64,000 nt of DNA from Schmidtea polychroa (Eukaryota), in NCBI GenBank assembly GCA_044892525.1, contig CM097886.1, forward strand, positions 82,770,001 through 82,834,000, written 5' to 3'. Below the pieces are notes generated by a model. The model did not search any database and was not told where the DNA came from. It worked only from the letters and a program-made list of their open reading frames with translations. How positions within the stretch are numbered: position 1 is the first letter of the stretch; every line of letters begins with the position of its first letter. Positions 23,165-37,620 of the stretch are shown piece by piece. A program made the position numbers and the translations under genes.

Positions 23165-26100
23165 TGGAGACATAATTTATTAATATCAAAAAACTGATTA
23201 TCCCTCCGGATGAAGTAATTATATTTTAAGTATCTTGAGCAAGACACACACATATATCAATAACACAATATTACACCTTTAACATTCAGACATACATTAC
23301 ATAATAATCAAACATACAAATTCAACTTGCAATAATATTATTTCAAACAGTTATTCTACATCCCCCTCGTTTTAAAATGTTTGATCCATTCCACATTTCT
23401 AATTTTCGATTTTCTATTCTGAAATTCGATCATGAAACTTCTGTCATGCTACTTCTTTATTATTTTACCTAGACCCTCAAATCTCTCTTCATTTTTATTT
23501 GCCACATGTCTTTTACCAATACAACATCCCGACATTCAAAATTCGATGCTACAGTTTTCCATCTTCTTGACACATGAGTGCTAGAATCTTTCTTTTTAGT
23601 TTTCCTGTTTTTGGTTCCCCGTGAATCGTTTGACATTGTATGCACTTATCGCATCTTCATTAGAATGCGTTTCACCTTTACGGTATTCTATTTCAATGTT
23701 CACACCACTTAATTATGGCTAAAAATTCTTTCCGGCTGATACAATAGCCTACTTCATGTTTGTTCATTGAATGTGAACCATATGAAATTACTCTTCCTTT
23801 GCCATTTTCATCTAATTGTGATAAAACTGCTCCAATTCTGTCTAAACTGACATATACGTTCAAAAAAAATTCTTTTGTAAAGTCAGAATGAAAGAATTGG
23901 AGCTTTTACTAATGCTTTCTTTAATTCTTGAAAGGCCTCTTTGCATTCATTTGTCTGATTTACACCGTACAACTTTTCAAGGGGTTTTGAATACATACTA
24001 TAATTTTTTATAAATCGACGATAATAATTTGTTAATCCAAGAAAATTTCGTAATTTTTTAAGACATTTTGGGGTTTCGACATCGTTTTGTTGTCATCAGT
24101 GTGTATTCCTTCATCGTCTATGACATGCCCTAAAGATTGTATCTCTTTTTTAATAAAATAACATTTTTCTGGACTAATCTTTAACCCATAATCACTCATT
24201 CTTTGAAATATTTTTCTTATTCTCTTATAGTGTTCTTACAAGAAAGACGAAAATATTAATATCTCGCCAAGATAAACAACAGCTTCTTTACCGTTCAGTG
24301 GTCCTTATATTTTATTCATGAGATTTTGAAACGTTGTAGATGCACCTGCAGTGCCAAAAAGGCATACGATTAAAACAATATGGAGTATTATTTGTGGAAA
24401 TGCTGTTTTTAATCTAGATACATCTTGTAGATCAACTTGATAATAAGCATTCCCTAAATCAAGGGTGGTAAAATATTTGGCGCCATACAAGATATCTAAC
24501 ATTTCTTGAGTATTCGCAATGGAAAATATTGGTCTTTCTGTCACCCATATAAGGCTCTATAATCTAAACATATCCTAATATCATCTTTATCTTTCTTTTT
24601 AACACACATTAAAGATGAGTTTCATGGAGACTCACATTGACTTATCATTCCGTTTTCCTCCATATCCTTAATATTTTTTTCAATTTTCTAATTTAGATGA
24701 AATGGTTGGCGTCCACGGTTAATAACAATAGGCTCACTTTTTGTTAATATATTATGTTTTACGAAATTGGTTTGCCTACATAATATTTATGTTTGATAAA
24801 TATATTTTCATATTCTTTATTCAAAGTCACATCTCGACTAATTTGATCATTATTTTTTAAATTACTTGGTTTTCCATCATTCAACATTAAAATATTTTCA
24901 TTACGTGGGTTCAATAAAAGTTTAATATTAAATTGATCTAACATATTAATACTTCCTATTACACTTGGCAAAATTTCATTTGCAATAAAGAAATCGACCT
25001 TATTTTCTTGATTTGAAATTTATATTTTTAACGAAACCTTTCCTAATATTTCTAACGAGCTCTCATTTGCACATTTTACCAATAAATTTGTGCTTTCAAC
25101 TTTTACATTTTCGAGTGCGTTTAGTACTTCTTTACTAATGACACTTATTTCGGCTCCCGTATCAAAAATACAATTAAATTTCTTATTATTAATCAAGTTA
25201 TTAATAATGGACCTAGCCCCTTCTATTTTATCGTATTTTATTACCCTATCATAATCATTATTTAAACTGCATACTTTATTGTCAATACCTTTATCTATTT
25301 TATCTCCAGAATCTATACACATAACATCAAGCATAAAACAATAATCGCCTCCTTGGTCTGTAATCGCTGTCATATTCAGTTGATATCTGTAATTTTGAGA
25401 TCCTCTTAAATCGAAGCATTGTAATTTAAATTGACCTGCCTTCTTACAATGAGAAAATTTTATGTTCGGACACTGAGCCCTTATATATCCTACTTTTTGC
25501 ATCCCCAGTATTGCTTTGATCGTGGTTGTTCATATCTTCGATTTGACTGATCAATTGAATTTGAAAAATTCGATCTGTTTTGTGATGGTCGACGAAGTAA
25601 ACTCCTTTGATCTACAATTCTATTATTGTTTCTAAATGGTTCTCTGTGTGGTAGGCCATTTTCTTGAAATCTTTGTTGTTGTTGTTGTTCTGGTCGTGAT
25701 TGTCGATATTATTGAGTTAGAAATTGGCTCCGATTTTGGACCACATTTGCATAACTTTTTTTTTGAATGGTTTCATAGCCGCAATCTCTTCATTTTTCAT
25801 TTCTTTATTAATTTCTTCTCTTTATAATGATCTCCTTAATCTCCTTTACATTAGAAATATTTATCATCTTGATTTCTCATTTTATATCTTTATCTTCTAT
25901 TGCATTTTGCAATAAAAAGGCAGTTAATTTCTCTTTCGATAATTCGTGTTTTAAGACATTTTTTGTTAATCAATCAATGGTCCCAAAATAGTCTTAAATT
26001 GAGTTATTACCTTTTTTGTAACGAATATTTAATTTAATTCTTTGAAGGTTTTTCGAAGGCTTTTCTGTATCTTTCTTCATAACTGTCAGTTTCTTCATTG

Positions 26101-26464
26101 ACTCCTTCATATAATTTAGCCGCTTCGATTGATATGAATGGTCTTATGAACGTTTTTTTTTTAATTGAATTGGAGTTTGAGTTAAATCATAAAATCTTCT
26201 AATCTCTCCTAAGAAAATTTCCAGACTGTCTCTAAAAAGCATTTAATGGGTTATTTGTTGTGGGTCTTGGGTGGTCACCGTATTAGAAGACATATAATTT
26301 ATTAATATCAAAACACTGATTATTCCTCCGGAGGAACTAATTATATTGTAAGTATCTTGAGCAAGTTTCTTGAGTAAGTATCAATATCACAATATTACAC
26401 CTTTGACATTCAGACATACAAGTTCAAGATGCAATAATATTGTTTCAAACAGGTATTATTTACA
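23165..26464 (-). mobile_element. Decayed, internally deleted Gypsy LTR retrotransposon (3.3 kb)
   Basis: Two diverged ~190-bp LTRs (23165-23360 and about 26282-26464). PPT GAGGGGGA before TG at 23360. PBS-like CGGTGACC. Remnants of CCHC knuckles, protease FDTGAEIS, RT LDLGNAYYQ and RNase H IGAVLSQ. No convincing TSD. Confidence 0.88.
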
Positions 26465-28127
26465 GCTATCCTACAGATATTAAAGCTTTGAAAATTTTCA
26501 TAAAAAGTCAATTTTTTTCAAAGTGTTTCTTAATTCTTTATTTTTTGCTGCCCATCTACGTAAAATTGTAGAAAAAGTAAATTTCTAAATATATACGAAA
26601 AATAATTTTAATAAATCTTTCAAGTTTTAACATTTTTATACAAACTTTTTATAAATTTAAATAGAGAAAATAAAAACTTAACTTCATGAGAAAATCCTAA
26701 CAAAAAATTAAGAGTTATTTTTAAGATTTCGTGGCACATCTGAAAATTTTTACGACACACTTTAAGAAGTGTGATTAATAATGATTATTAATCTCGATGT
26801 TTACATAAAAATTAAAAATAGTATGATATTACAAAAAGTATCTCGAAGCCAGGCATGTTAAACTCGTTGCGCACTAACCCGTGAGTAAGATATTTTAAAT
26901 ATTAAATAAATAGGTATGATAGTAGAAAAAATTGTCATTTACAAATAGTAAATTTAACATGTAAAAAAGTAAATAACAAAAATAGAAATTATAAAAAATT
27001 AACATAATGGTTACATATTATTTAATTCCCAACATACAAAGATTGCAAACAAATTTGTTTTATTAATGTGGTTAACATAAATTATGGTACCAAAATCCAA
27101 AAGATGAACTAAAATATCGGGTGGTTATCGAATTATTATATGTTTTCTTAATTACTCGTCTTAATGAAAAACATTACACAGAAAAGAATATTTGTATAGA
27201 ATTATTTTGATATTTTATAATTAGAATTCTTTTAAGCCTCTCTGTCGTGAATTTTTGATAATGAAAATTAATTTTTTGACCTATAAATGTTATGGTGTCA
27301 AATTCGAGTTAATAAAACTTTTGGAGTTTTGTTTGATAAATAGAAAACTATGCCTAAACTTACATAGAAACCTAATTTTTATATTTTGTTCTTACATATT
27401 ATGTTTTAACAATAAGTAGTATTTTATTTGAAAAAGTAGAATAGAATATTGTTCACACAACTGATGCTTTATGTCGGAGTCAAAAACATTTTTGGCTCAT
27501 CACCTCCATTTCAAGGATATTATTTTAGAACCCTCTCAGAGAAACCATTTATATCTCTACTAACAAAAAATTCTAAGTGTAGATGTGTTCGTAATTTTTC
27601 AAAATAAAAAACGCTAATTTGAAAATTAACAAATTGCAAATAAAATTATAAAATTAATTACCTATTAAAAAAATGCGTATAAACACACTAGATTTCTCAT
27701 TATTATTAATAGCCAATATCAATAAAATTAGTTTAATTAAAAATATATATAATTAGAAGGATATTTCTTGAGTTGTGGTATCATTTTGACTATAATTTTT
27801 AGAATAATATTTAAATCTCTGTCGTCAACTATTCGCATTCAGTTCTTTCTTTTATTTAAGACCTTTAGCGGAACTTGAATTTACAGAAGTCGAAAATAAA
27901 CACAACTTTTTTTCTTTTTTATTTCATAAATAAATATTTTCATGTTTATTACATGTTTCTATTATTGGCCAAAAAAGCAGTATTAATCAATAAATATCAA
28001 AATGAGTTAAATTATAATTTATTTAGATATAATCTATATCGAAATGTGAATTAAGTATTTATAACTAGATTCCAAACATGGCACATAGTGATTGGAAAAT
28101 AATATGGACTAACTGAGATATTTCCTT

Positions 28128-28203
28128 TTTTTATCTGCACCTTTATTTTTTGCGTCTTTATTTATTTGCGCCTTTATTGTTTGCGTCTTTATTTATCTGC
28201 GCC
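28128..28203. repeat. Short minisatellite with alternating 15/16-bp units (TTTATTTATYTGCGYC-like, five copies)
   Basis: Read directly from the sequence. Confidence 0.8.
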
Positions 28204-28608
28204 GTTATTGGAGTAAACCAGTTCTTTAAATAGTCGAGTGAACATTCCCCTATCACCAAATTTATATAGATTCCTTGTTGCACACAATCTACTTTGGGAA
28301 ACACTATTTTATATTAATATAGCAAGTCATCTTAATATCAAGTAAACCAGGAAAAACATTTAATTTACTTTCCCAGAAATTTCTCTCGGAATATTCGTTT
28401 ATTAGAGCGGAGAAATCAAATTTTTCAGAATTATCACTCTTAATAGATGGTTTTTGTGGTCAGTCTTTCTGACTTGTCCCTTTAAACGGTTGCCTAACAC
28501 TTTACCTCTTCCCCCTTAAAGTCAACTCTGTTAAACATTTGATATAATTTGCAAACTTGCTTAATAACGCTATCAATAAAAAATATAAAGCAAATACAAA
28601 ACTCTTAC

Positions 28609-28684
28609 ATGATATAAGTGATGACACCAATTGCCCACATATCAGTGGCGTAGGAAATCGCCTCATAATTAATAACTTCAGGAG
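28609..28684 (-). CDS. DAPK: DAPK-family kinase, coding exon 5 ([26 protein letters not shown])
   Basis: ttccag| acceptor and AT|gtaag donor; subdomains VIII-IX. Confidence 0.93.
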
Positions 28685-29932
28685 CTGGAAATAAACAGGA
28701 AAAAATAATGTAATTAAAAGTTTAATAAATCAATTAAATAATCATAAAAAATAGAAAAAGACATTTAACTTGTTTGATGTAATAAACAAGTGTTCAATGT
28801 TAATTAATCTAATTTTGAAAACAGATTTTTGATTTCAGGATAAGAATTCAAGCTGATTTCAGATTGAACTACATATGTAAAGCTTAAGTTAGACTAAAAC
28901 CATTTGCTCTGAATCAGGATTGAAAATTGGGAGAATAAATTTTTACGAATTTCACTGATAATACATTGATCGTTGTATAAATAATGTCTGTTTCAGTAAT
29001 TGGCATTTATAATAGGTAAATTGAAATAACTGTTTGACAATTATTATTAACTAAACCGATTTTAAATGAAGTCTATTAAATATTTTATTCTATAACTTAG
29101 GAGTTCTCTACTTTTTTGCATTCGCAACACACTTTAAGAATTTTTTTTCATTAATTAAAGTTTGTAAAAATTAATTAATTTAAAATTCCATATAAAATGA
29201 AGATCAAAAGTAAAAGAGAAAATTTATCGATTTTTAATGAAAAATTTGTGCAAATGGTCATTACAAAATTTTTGGAATTTGGGCATAATATTTGATAAAC
29301 TTACTCGCCTTTCGTTGTCAACGTTTAGAATTTTATTTCTGGTTTTTGATTTAATAACGTTTTTGGTGGAACAGACTTTATCTCAAAGATAAGTGATAGA
29401 AGACGGAAGCAAAAGCTTCATGGTTACATCAAAAATTTTGAAGAATTTATTTTTTCAAAATATATCTGTTAAAATTTCAATTAATTGGTCTTTTTGATTG
29501 ATTGTTAAATTTTCTGCAGTGTTCAAATTTTGATCAACAGAAAATTCAAAAGGTGAAATAATTCATTTCATTTTTTTAGAGTAATAAGAGACCGAAAATA
29601 TTTTTGAATTCCTTCTTGGATGCTAAATAAATGAAAATTTTAAAATTTCTTTTTTTTCTTCTTTGGTTATATTGAAAAGTGAGGTATGAAAGGTTGGAAA
29701 TATTGAAAAACCATTCTGTTGAATGGCAGAAATCCACAAACTAAATTTTAAAAATCCTATTATTTTATCTCTTTCGTAATGATTATTTAATTTTTTCTTT
29801 GGATAATTAAATTGGAAATATAAAATTTACTAAAAATATCAGTTTTTACCGAATATTCTACATTTTCGTATTCGAAATAGAGAGCATTCCAACTTTAAAT
29901 TTGAAAATTCTATTTAACATTTCCCCCTTGAT

Positions 29933-30542
29933 CAGGGCCGGCTGTGGTTTTGCGGGGCCCCTTCCCAAAATGGAAGAAATGATACATGAACATAATTTTA
30001 TAAATTTATTTAATGAAATATTTATTTCTTCAATATATTCAATAATATAAATACTTAAACATAATATTTTTTATTCTTATTTCGTACAAACTTTTTTACT
30101 GCTAATTCCTCGATAATATCATCAAAATTTATCTGTTTTGTTAGCTCCTGCTCTATTGACAACTCTAACCTATCTTGTTGCATGGTTGATCTTAGATAAT
30201 TCTTAATTAACTTTTTATTTGGAAAAACTGCGTTCGATGGAAGGTAATGAAAAAATAGAGCGGAGTGGTGTATATGCGCAACGCGAGCATTGGTCTTTTA
30301 CTTTACGCAGCAGCTGCAACAGACAAGAAGGCAGCAGGTGACATGACATGCACAGACATGTAAAGAAACAACTTTAACGAACGAGATGTTAATGCATGGA
30401 AAGACCTGCGTTAACATCCGACATGTAAAAAACATTGCATTTGGTATAAAAAACTTGCACTAGCTACTAATAATAGCTAGAAATATGAAAGTGCAGGCCC
30501 TCGAGAAAAATCCCCGAAGTTTCGACATCTGACCCGGCTATG
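29933..30542 (-). mobile_element. Non-autonomous hAT element with dimerisation-domain remnant
   Basis: Ends CAGGGCCGG / CCGGCTATG. Flanks cccttgat and atcttgat (6/8). ERSFSKIKLIKNYLRSTMQQDRL on the minus strand. Confidence 0.75.
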
Positions 30543-30704
30543 ATCTTGATAAATGTTAGAAGATTTAACTTTATTATTAAATTGTTTTAAGAATATATTA
30601 TTAAAACAAAAATAATTTTCCAATATAATATATGTGGAGTATTTTAACGAAATATAAATAATATTACGAGAAACGTATTTATACAATTTCAACATACCAC
30701 AATC

Positions 30705-31226
30705 CAGTGGCGTAGCAATAGGTTGTGCAGGTTGTGCACGGCACAAGGGCCCAGGACGAAAAATTAGTAAAATTTATACGTTCGAGCATTATAAATTCCC
30801 CGATTGTCATCAAACCAAGCATCGCTTTGGCGTTTGTTTTGTTTTTATTAAGACAGCAACCACAGTTTGGACGGTTTATACATTTAATATTATTAGGAAT
30901 CTATATTGGATATAGTTGTAAACTATATCAAATTATGTTTCAATAAATTAGTGACAATAACAACAATTATTGTTCATTATATCATGATGGTACCTGGCAT
31001 GTGCCCATTCTATATACAGAGAATACCGAGAAGTAACAAAATATCCTTTCAACCCAACCCGAAACGCTACTATTTGTTTTAAAATGCGCAAATTTACTCA
31101 GAGAGTTGCTAATCACCTTCCCCCAAGCCTGCCTATGGTTTGGTTCCTCGGATCACTTCGTTCGACAAATATTTTGTGCGTCCCAAAATCTGCACAAGGG
31201 CCCCAGAAATCCTTGGTACGCCACTG
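30705..31226. mobile_element. hAT MITE, 522 bp
   Basis: TIRs CAGTGGCGTA / TACGCCACTG and a perfect 8-bp TSD CCACAATC. Confidence 0.95.
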
Positions 31227-31779
31227 CCACAATCATCCGAATATATTAATATTTAAAAATACCACTTACAATAACCATCGCATTTTAGAATTATACAATA
31301 TATATTTCTAGAGATATTTACTCGTCTGCTTTTAATAAAATTTATAATTTAAACTTTTCATTATTAACAAATTTTTACCAAGCGTCCTCAAATGGAAACA
31401 ATTAAACATAATTATATCTTTTACAGAATATTTTCAAATGTGTGCCAAAAATGTGCACAAGTGATAAATTTTTAATTTTAATTTAATATGTATTTTACAG
31501 ATGTTATAGTTTCTCTTGGAAATTTAATACTTTGTTTATAAAATTTTTGTCATCTGCTACAAGTTGGTATCTAAAGGACAAGAATAAATTTGGTCCCAAA
31601 TTGGTTAATTAAATTGATGCAAAAAAAGCAGCGCATAAAACTGATTGGAGGATATTCTTTTTTAACCAAACTTAAAAAATCTCTTTTATTTCTAGTCAAC
31701 GCAGCTGCACCATACAGATTACATATACAGAAATTAAACATAGAAATACAATTTGTCCTTTTTAATTTTTTTTAACAAA

Positions 31780-32130
31780 ATATCTATTTATCATATTAAA
31801 AATATCAATTCCCAGTTTCAGACAAAATAAATATTGTTCAATAAATTTTTCTCCTTCAATAAATCTTCCAAAACTCTGCTTTTCCCGAAATGGCTGTGCT
31901 TTCATCCAGTTGGATTGAAAATTTTGATTTTTTAACTAATTTTCTAATGACATTTTTCAATATCATTGAATATATTTTAAATTTTTCTGTGGATTGTATC
32001 ATTTGATCACGGAATTTTAAATATTTTTTCTAACATAATATTTATAATTTCTTTACATGCTTATAATAAAAGTTCTTCATCAATGCTATGCACTTTTTCC
32101 TTTTGAAAAGTTAACCTTATAAGATGCCAC
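31780..32130 (-). pseudogene. Buster/Charlie-type hAT transposase fragment
   Basis: SNDTIHRKI and FSIQLDEST motifs, broken by stops. Confidence 0.6.
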
Positions 32131-32929
32131 AAGAATTTTATACGATATAATTTCGATATTTTTATTCAATATTTTCTGATGCAATAATTTGTCTATTTAA
32201 TCGTATTGATATAATTATGACACTAAAATATTGTGGTTTAATTTTTAGGAAGAAACACTAGTAAAAATATAACAGACTAACTGTTAGAAATAATTTATCT
32301 AATAAATAATATTCGCATTATTATAGCTTACAAAAATATTTTATAAAAATTGTAAATAATATACAGTGAAAACTCGTGTAATATTAGTCCTTGTATTTAT
32401 TAACCAATTTTTATGGCCTGGCCAAAAGCAATTTAAGTTCAATTAAAAATGAATATTATTTTAATAACCATTTTATGTTAACTTTCCGATTTTTTCAATT
32501 CAGAGTTGCCAAATGTAGTTACAGAAGAATTCGATTCTGCACTATTGAATAAAGTTCTGTTGTAATGTCTAATGTAACTATATAAGATAAAAATGATAGA
32601 TAAATTTTTAATTATATTTTTTGCCAGATTTCAAGATATTTTTAATGAGCAATAATTTACGTAATCTGCAAAGTTTAGATTTGTACGGAACATAAATTTG
32701 GCTATATTTTATCCTTTGTACAAAAATGAATATGACAAATAGCAAAGAAGTTAAATAAATGACATTTATATTTTCAGTAGTTTACGATATCTTTTATATA
32801 TAATATAAATATTTACTACTAAGTGTTCATATAAGTTATAAATAATGTTGGAATCATATTTCAAGTCTCAATTTCGATTTCCTCCCAAAGAATTTTTTAT
32901 TTTGAAATTGTGGTTCAGTGTTAATATAA

Positions 32930-33900
32930 AATTCAAAATACTCCAGACTTTGTCAATTGACGGCCCTTGTGATTTATATGATGACAATATCATGTGGACG
33001 TGAATTCTTATTGAAAGAGAAAATTGTCATTAAGTGAAAATATATATATTGTCACGTAATAATTCCTAATATAAGTCACATTTTATGCTTCCTATAAAAA
33101 GGTCTCAATCTTTTAAATTATATAAAACCCAAGCATGGTAGAACTATTGATATGACTTTTTCTACAAGAATATAATTAATTGATGATTCAAAAATTGTAG
33201 CTATGAACCATCATATTCATTGGCCTTCATATTGCTCAAAACGTTTCATATTTATCCTTTCACTATATTTTAATTTGTTTATCAAATAATTGTCAGTTTG
33301 GCGCGTTTGCATTTATTTGGACTATTGTTTGCATTTATAATTTATTTATAGTGTATTTTCTCTAATGTATTTTGTTTATTAAATTGCATTTTAAAATAAA
33401 AAATAATAAATGCATGCTTCATTAACATATTGGTTTACAAACCTCATAATGCAGTTTTATAAAAGTCGCCTTTCTCCATTAAATAAATTATACATAGGTT
33501 TTATTTTAAAAATAAATATATAATTTAATAATAAATTATTTAAAAATATTTAATTTCCATTATTATTACTATTTAAATAATATCATTCCTTAAAAAGTGC
33601 ATCAAGTATAAATTCAAATAGTGACTTGTGTCAATGGAAAAAGTGCACAACACTCCATTGTTGAAGTAAATATAAACAAAATATATATTACTGTTAATAC
33701 GATGACCGTTAAGTATCTTTTTGATATTTTCCCATTGGGAGTTATTTTCTAATAATAACACTTGCCACATAATTTATACGATATCAGATTTACCGATTAT
33801 CATGTGGATTTTTGTATTAGTTTTATTATTTTTCTATAAGTGGATACGGTAGGCTAATGATATGAAAGATTCATTGATATTCTCAAAAAAGCTTAAATTT
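32930..33900 (-). pseudogene. Helitron Rep/helicase remnants
   Basis: KSQGPSIDKV near 32960 resembles the PIF1-type motif INKSQGQSL. The other fragments are weak. Confidence 0.35.
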
Positions 33901-35682
33901 TCAGTAAATTATTTTCTTTTTAGCATATACCGTAAATATCCGTTACAACGTTTTTGACTGAGTTAATTTTTGAAATATATTATCATTTATTGAGTGGTTG
34001 GAGTAATTAATATAAATAATAAATATGGAATTTGGCTGGAAATAATTTTAAAGATTAAGATTAACTTAATTTGTTTTAATTAAATTAATTAGTTGAATTG
34101 TAATTATTTTTTATTTTATTAAATTATCTATGATCCTACAAGACTTGATTTGCAATTTGGCTAAATCTGATGAATAAATTGTACTATCAAAAAAATATTT
34201 CAAGAATGTAATCAATGAGTGTTTCGATGAAAAATTGGGAATGTTTTTCAAATAATATTTTTTTGAGTTAGTGAAAATTGGTGATGGCTATGGAAACATT
34301 TTTTGAAAATTAAAAGTTAATTTTTTAATTATTAATAAGAAAAATTTTACAGTTGACTTTGGCTTTCTATATAAGGCTTATTACTTATTTAGTATTTCTT
34401 AGGTGGACCTTTCTTTCTGAATTCTTTCGGGACTAACCCGTATTTTGGTCTATTGCTAAACTACTTAGATGTTTCACTAAAGTTTCTGATTTTCAATGCT
34501 ATCCGTTATTAACTCTGTATTCATTATTGTTCGATGATGTCTGATATTAATTTTTAAAAAAATAATGGGTTAGGTGCATTTTGTATGAAATATGTAATAA
34601 ATGATTATAATGTAAATTTACTTTCTATAATAACTTACAATATTTAAAAATCATTTTTTAACAAAAACATAACAGCAAGTCGAATATTAATACTTGTACG
34701 TTTTTTGACTAAAATATCATTAAATAATATAATAGGGATTCCAATCAGTTTGGATAAATTTTGGTATTTTTTCAATTAATGTATACATAGGTATGGTTTA
34801 TCAAGTAAATGATAAGACCAATAAATAACTAATAAATAAGATGAAAACTATTTCCCGGTCAAAGGAAAATAATTAAAACGATAGAAATAAAATTGTAGCA
34901 ATATTTCAGACCAAATAATAATTTCTTGATAGACAAAATTCAAATATAGAATTAATGAATTCGAAGTATTATTTTTACCAATGCTAATTACTCTTTTTTG
35001 ATGATTATCTTAAAATTGTTATTAACGAAATTGAAAAATGCACAGAAGTAATTACAAATTTCAGAAATTGCAAAAAATGTTGTATGAAAATAGGGAATCG
35101 ATCATTTAAATTTTCAGCAGTGTAGGATTAGATATTGCAAAGCTGTAATTTGATAAAAGTTACAGACAAAAATTAATATTAATCAAAACACGCAATCTTT
35201 GTACACAAAATAAAACTCGCATCAATTAATTATTCATTAATACATCCTTGATTTATGAATATTTATAAAAAATTTAATAGTGAAAAATAAATCGAATCTA
35301 AAAATCTGCAAATAAAAAATATAATTTCTAATTTATGTGATTAATACCTAAAAATATAAAGGAATTCATTTTATCCAGCAATTAAGTTGAAATAAATAGC
35401 ATTCTTTTTACTTTGGAAAATTATGAACTATTTTTTAAACCCACAGCAAATTCTAAATGTTCCTCTGAACTATATTAGGCATATGGAATTAATAGAGCCA
35501 AATTAAACCAAATTGTGGACAACATTAAATTTTTATCGAAATATTTCCTTTGGAAAAAATTGCATGAAAATAATAATAAAATGAAAATATTTTAAATAGT
35601 TATTTACTTATTCTGTTCATACTTTAAACCATTTTAATAATTGAAATATTTTACAAAAATGTTCAAATAATCCTTTTATTAA

Positions 35683-36536
35683 CTCTGGCTTTCAATAAGC
35701 ACTTTTTCAGAGATTAATCAATAAATTTAAATATTGAAAAATTTCCAAAATGACCATTAGTATTCACCTTATTATGTATAATATGACGAATGTTATCCCT
35801 TACATCGCTAAGTCATGATGACACATTTATTGCAGAACTTTGAAGTTTTAACATCCTTGCATGAAGAATATATAGGGCATTGGCTTCTCTTTATTTTCAA
35901 ACGATTGTATTGGATTTGCATCACTTTCTAAGTTTTTAATCATATCCAGTGCAGTAGCTGTGTGTGACAAAATATACGTCTTATTTGTCATACTATCACT
36001 TCACTTACTTCCTCCGAAAACTGTCTTTGATGAGTTGTTTTATTTGTTTTCAATCAAGATATGTTTCGCAATATAATACAATTCTTTATAGCATGATATA
36101 ATTAAGTCACCTTATGATCATTATCTTACAACTGTATGGTACTACCATCTTATCCGTTGTTTCAACTGCGCCTTTTAACTCGTTACAATCTGTTACAATC
36201 TTCGGTTTCTATTTTTCATATGCCTTTATCTCGACTTTTTCCTGTAATGTACTTAGTACCAATACATTTTTCTTTTTCTTTTGTATGTATAAAACTAGAG
36301 TCATATTGGTTCTAAATGCAAACATTGATGAGTTTAGTCATTTCTTGGTTGCAGGAAGGCCAGTGGGAATTTGTGATTTTTTTTACGTAAACTACCGATA
36401 ATCGTTATTTTTTCTGCAACAATATTCATATTACGTAAAAAAAATTTCACAAGTCGAAATATTAGAAATTCAGTGGCAATCTAACGCAATATTTAATTTT
36501 TTATATAAGCGAAAATTGACCCGAAAGTACTAGGGG
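35683..36536 (-). mobile_element. piggyBac remnant
   Basis: TLVLYIQKKKKNVLVLST..KPKIVTDCNELKGAVETTDKM..YSC matches the piggyBac core. End GGGG-TTAA at 36536-36540; possible second TTAA at 35679-35682. Confidence 0.75.
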
Positions 36537-37496
36537 TTAAAATTATATTCTTTTTTAATTGCAGGGGATTGAAAAAATACTATCACAAACTGTTTAATTT
36601 CAAATAATAATAAAATTCAATAAGGAACATATCAACAGCACAAAAAATAATAAAAATTCATGGGAAAATTAAATAATTTTTTGGATCAAAATGACAAAAA
36701 GAGCCTACGAATGCTAAGGAAACCATTTGAATGATAATGCAGTATTAGAATCGATTCAGTGAATTTTTATAATATATGTCACTTGAAAGTGTTTTTTCAC
36801 AAAATTTATGATTTCGAAAAATATCATCATTAGAAGAGGTTAAATTTTCAATAAAGAAATGAAGACATTTCGAATATACATGCTTCTTGTTTATAAAATA
36901 ATTAAAAATTAACTGAATTGTATCTGAAGCTAAGGCAGACAAAGGCTGGTATTGCCACATCTTTGATTTAGAGAAATTAAAAAATATAATTTTAGAGAAA
37001 GTAAATCAATAAAAGAAACATATCAAAATGAACAGGAAAAGATTTATTAATTTAAAATAATAACATAAGGCTTCCATTTTAAAAGAAATTCCTAGGAAAA
37101 AAATTGAAAAGAATTTTACAAAATATGATAAATCTTTGAATATCTATAAGATCTTTTATCTTTTTTACCATTGATCCTTTTTTAATTTCCTTTATCTTCA
37201 TTTCTTTTTAGAATATCTATTTTTTTATATTGAACTAAAATTTTCGACATTTTTTTCCAATAAGTAATGCCATGAATCGTGTTAAATTATACGTATTTAT
37301 AATAATAGAAACATGAGTTTAATAATAACAAAAACGTAACAAATTCCCCAATTGTTATTTAATAAGTATTTTAGTCATGCACAATGATTTAATAAATGAA
37401 ATAATTGTAAAATGAAATTGCCTAACTTAGAAAATAATTGATAATTCATGCTTAATATAAACTCTCATGCTCAAGCACTTTATCATCGAATCTAAC

Positions 37497-37620
37497 CAAG
37501 AAATTCTGCAGTTCCTTGCATTTCAATTATTGTATCTTGCTTTTTAATTTCACGAGCCAACCCGAAATCTATTAGTTTAATTTTTCTTTCATCCAAGTCT
37601 TCAATCATAACGTTTTCCGG
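37497..37620 (-). CDS. DAPK: DAPK-family kinase, coding exon 4 (PENVMIEDLDERKIKLIDFGLARE..GTAEFL)
   Basis: catgcag| acceptor and G|gttag donor; contains PEN and DFG. Confidence 0.94.
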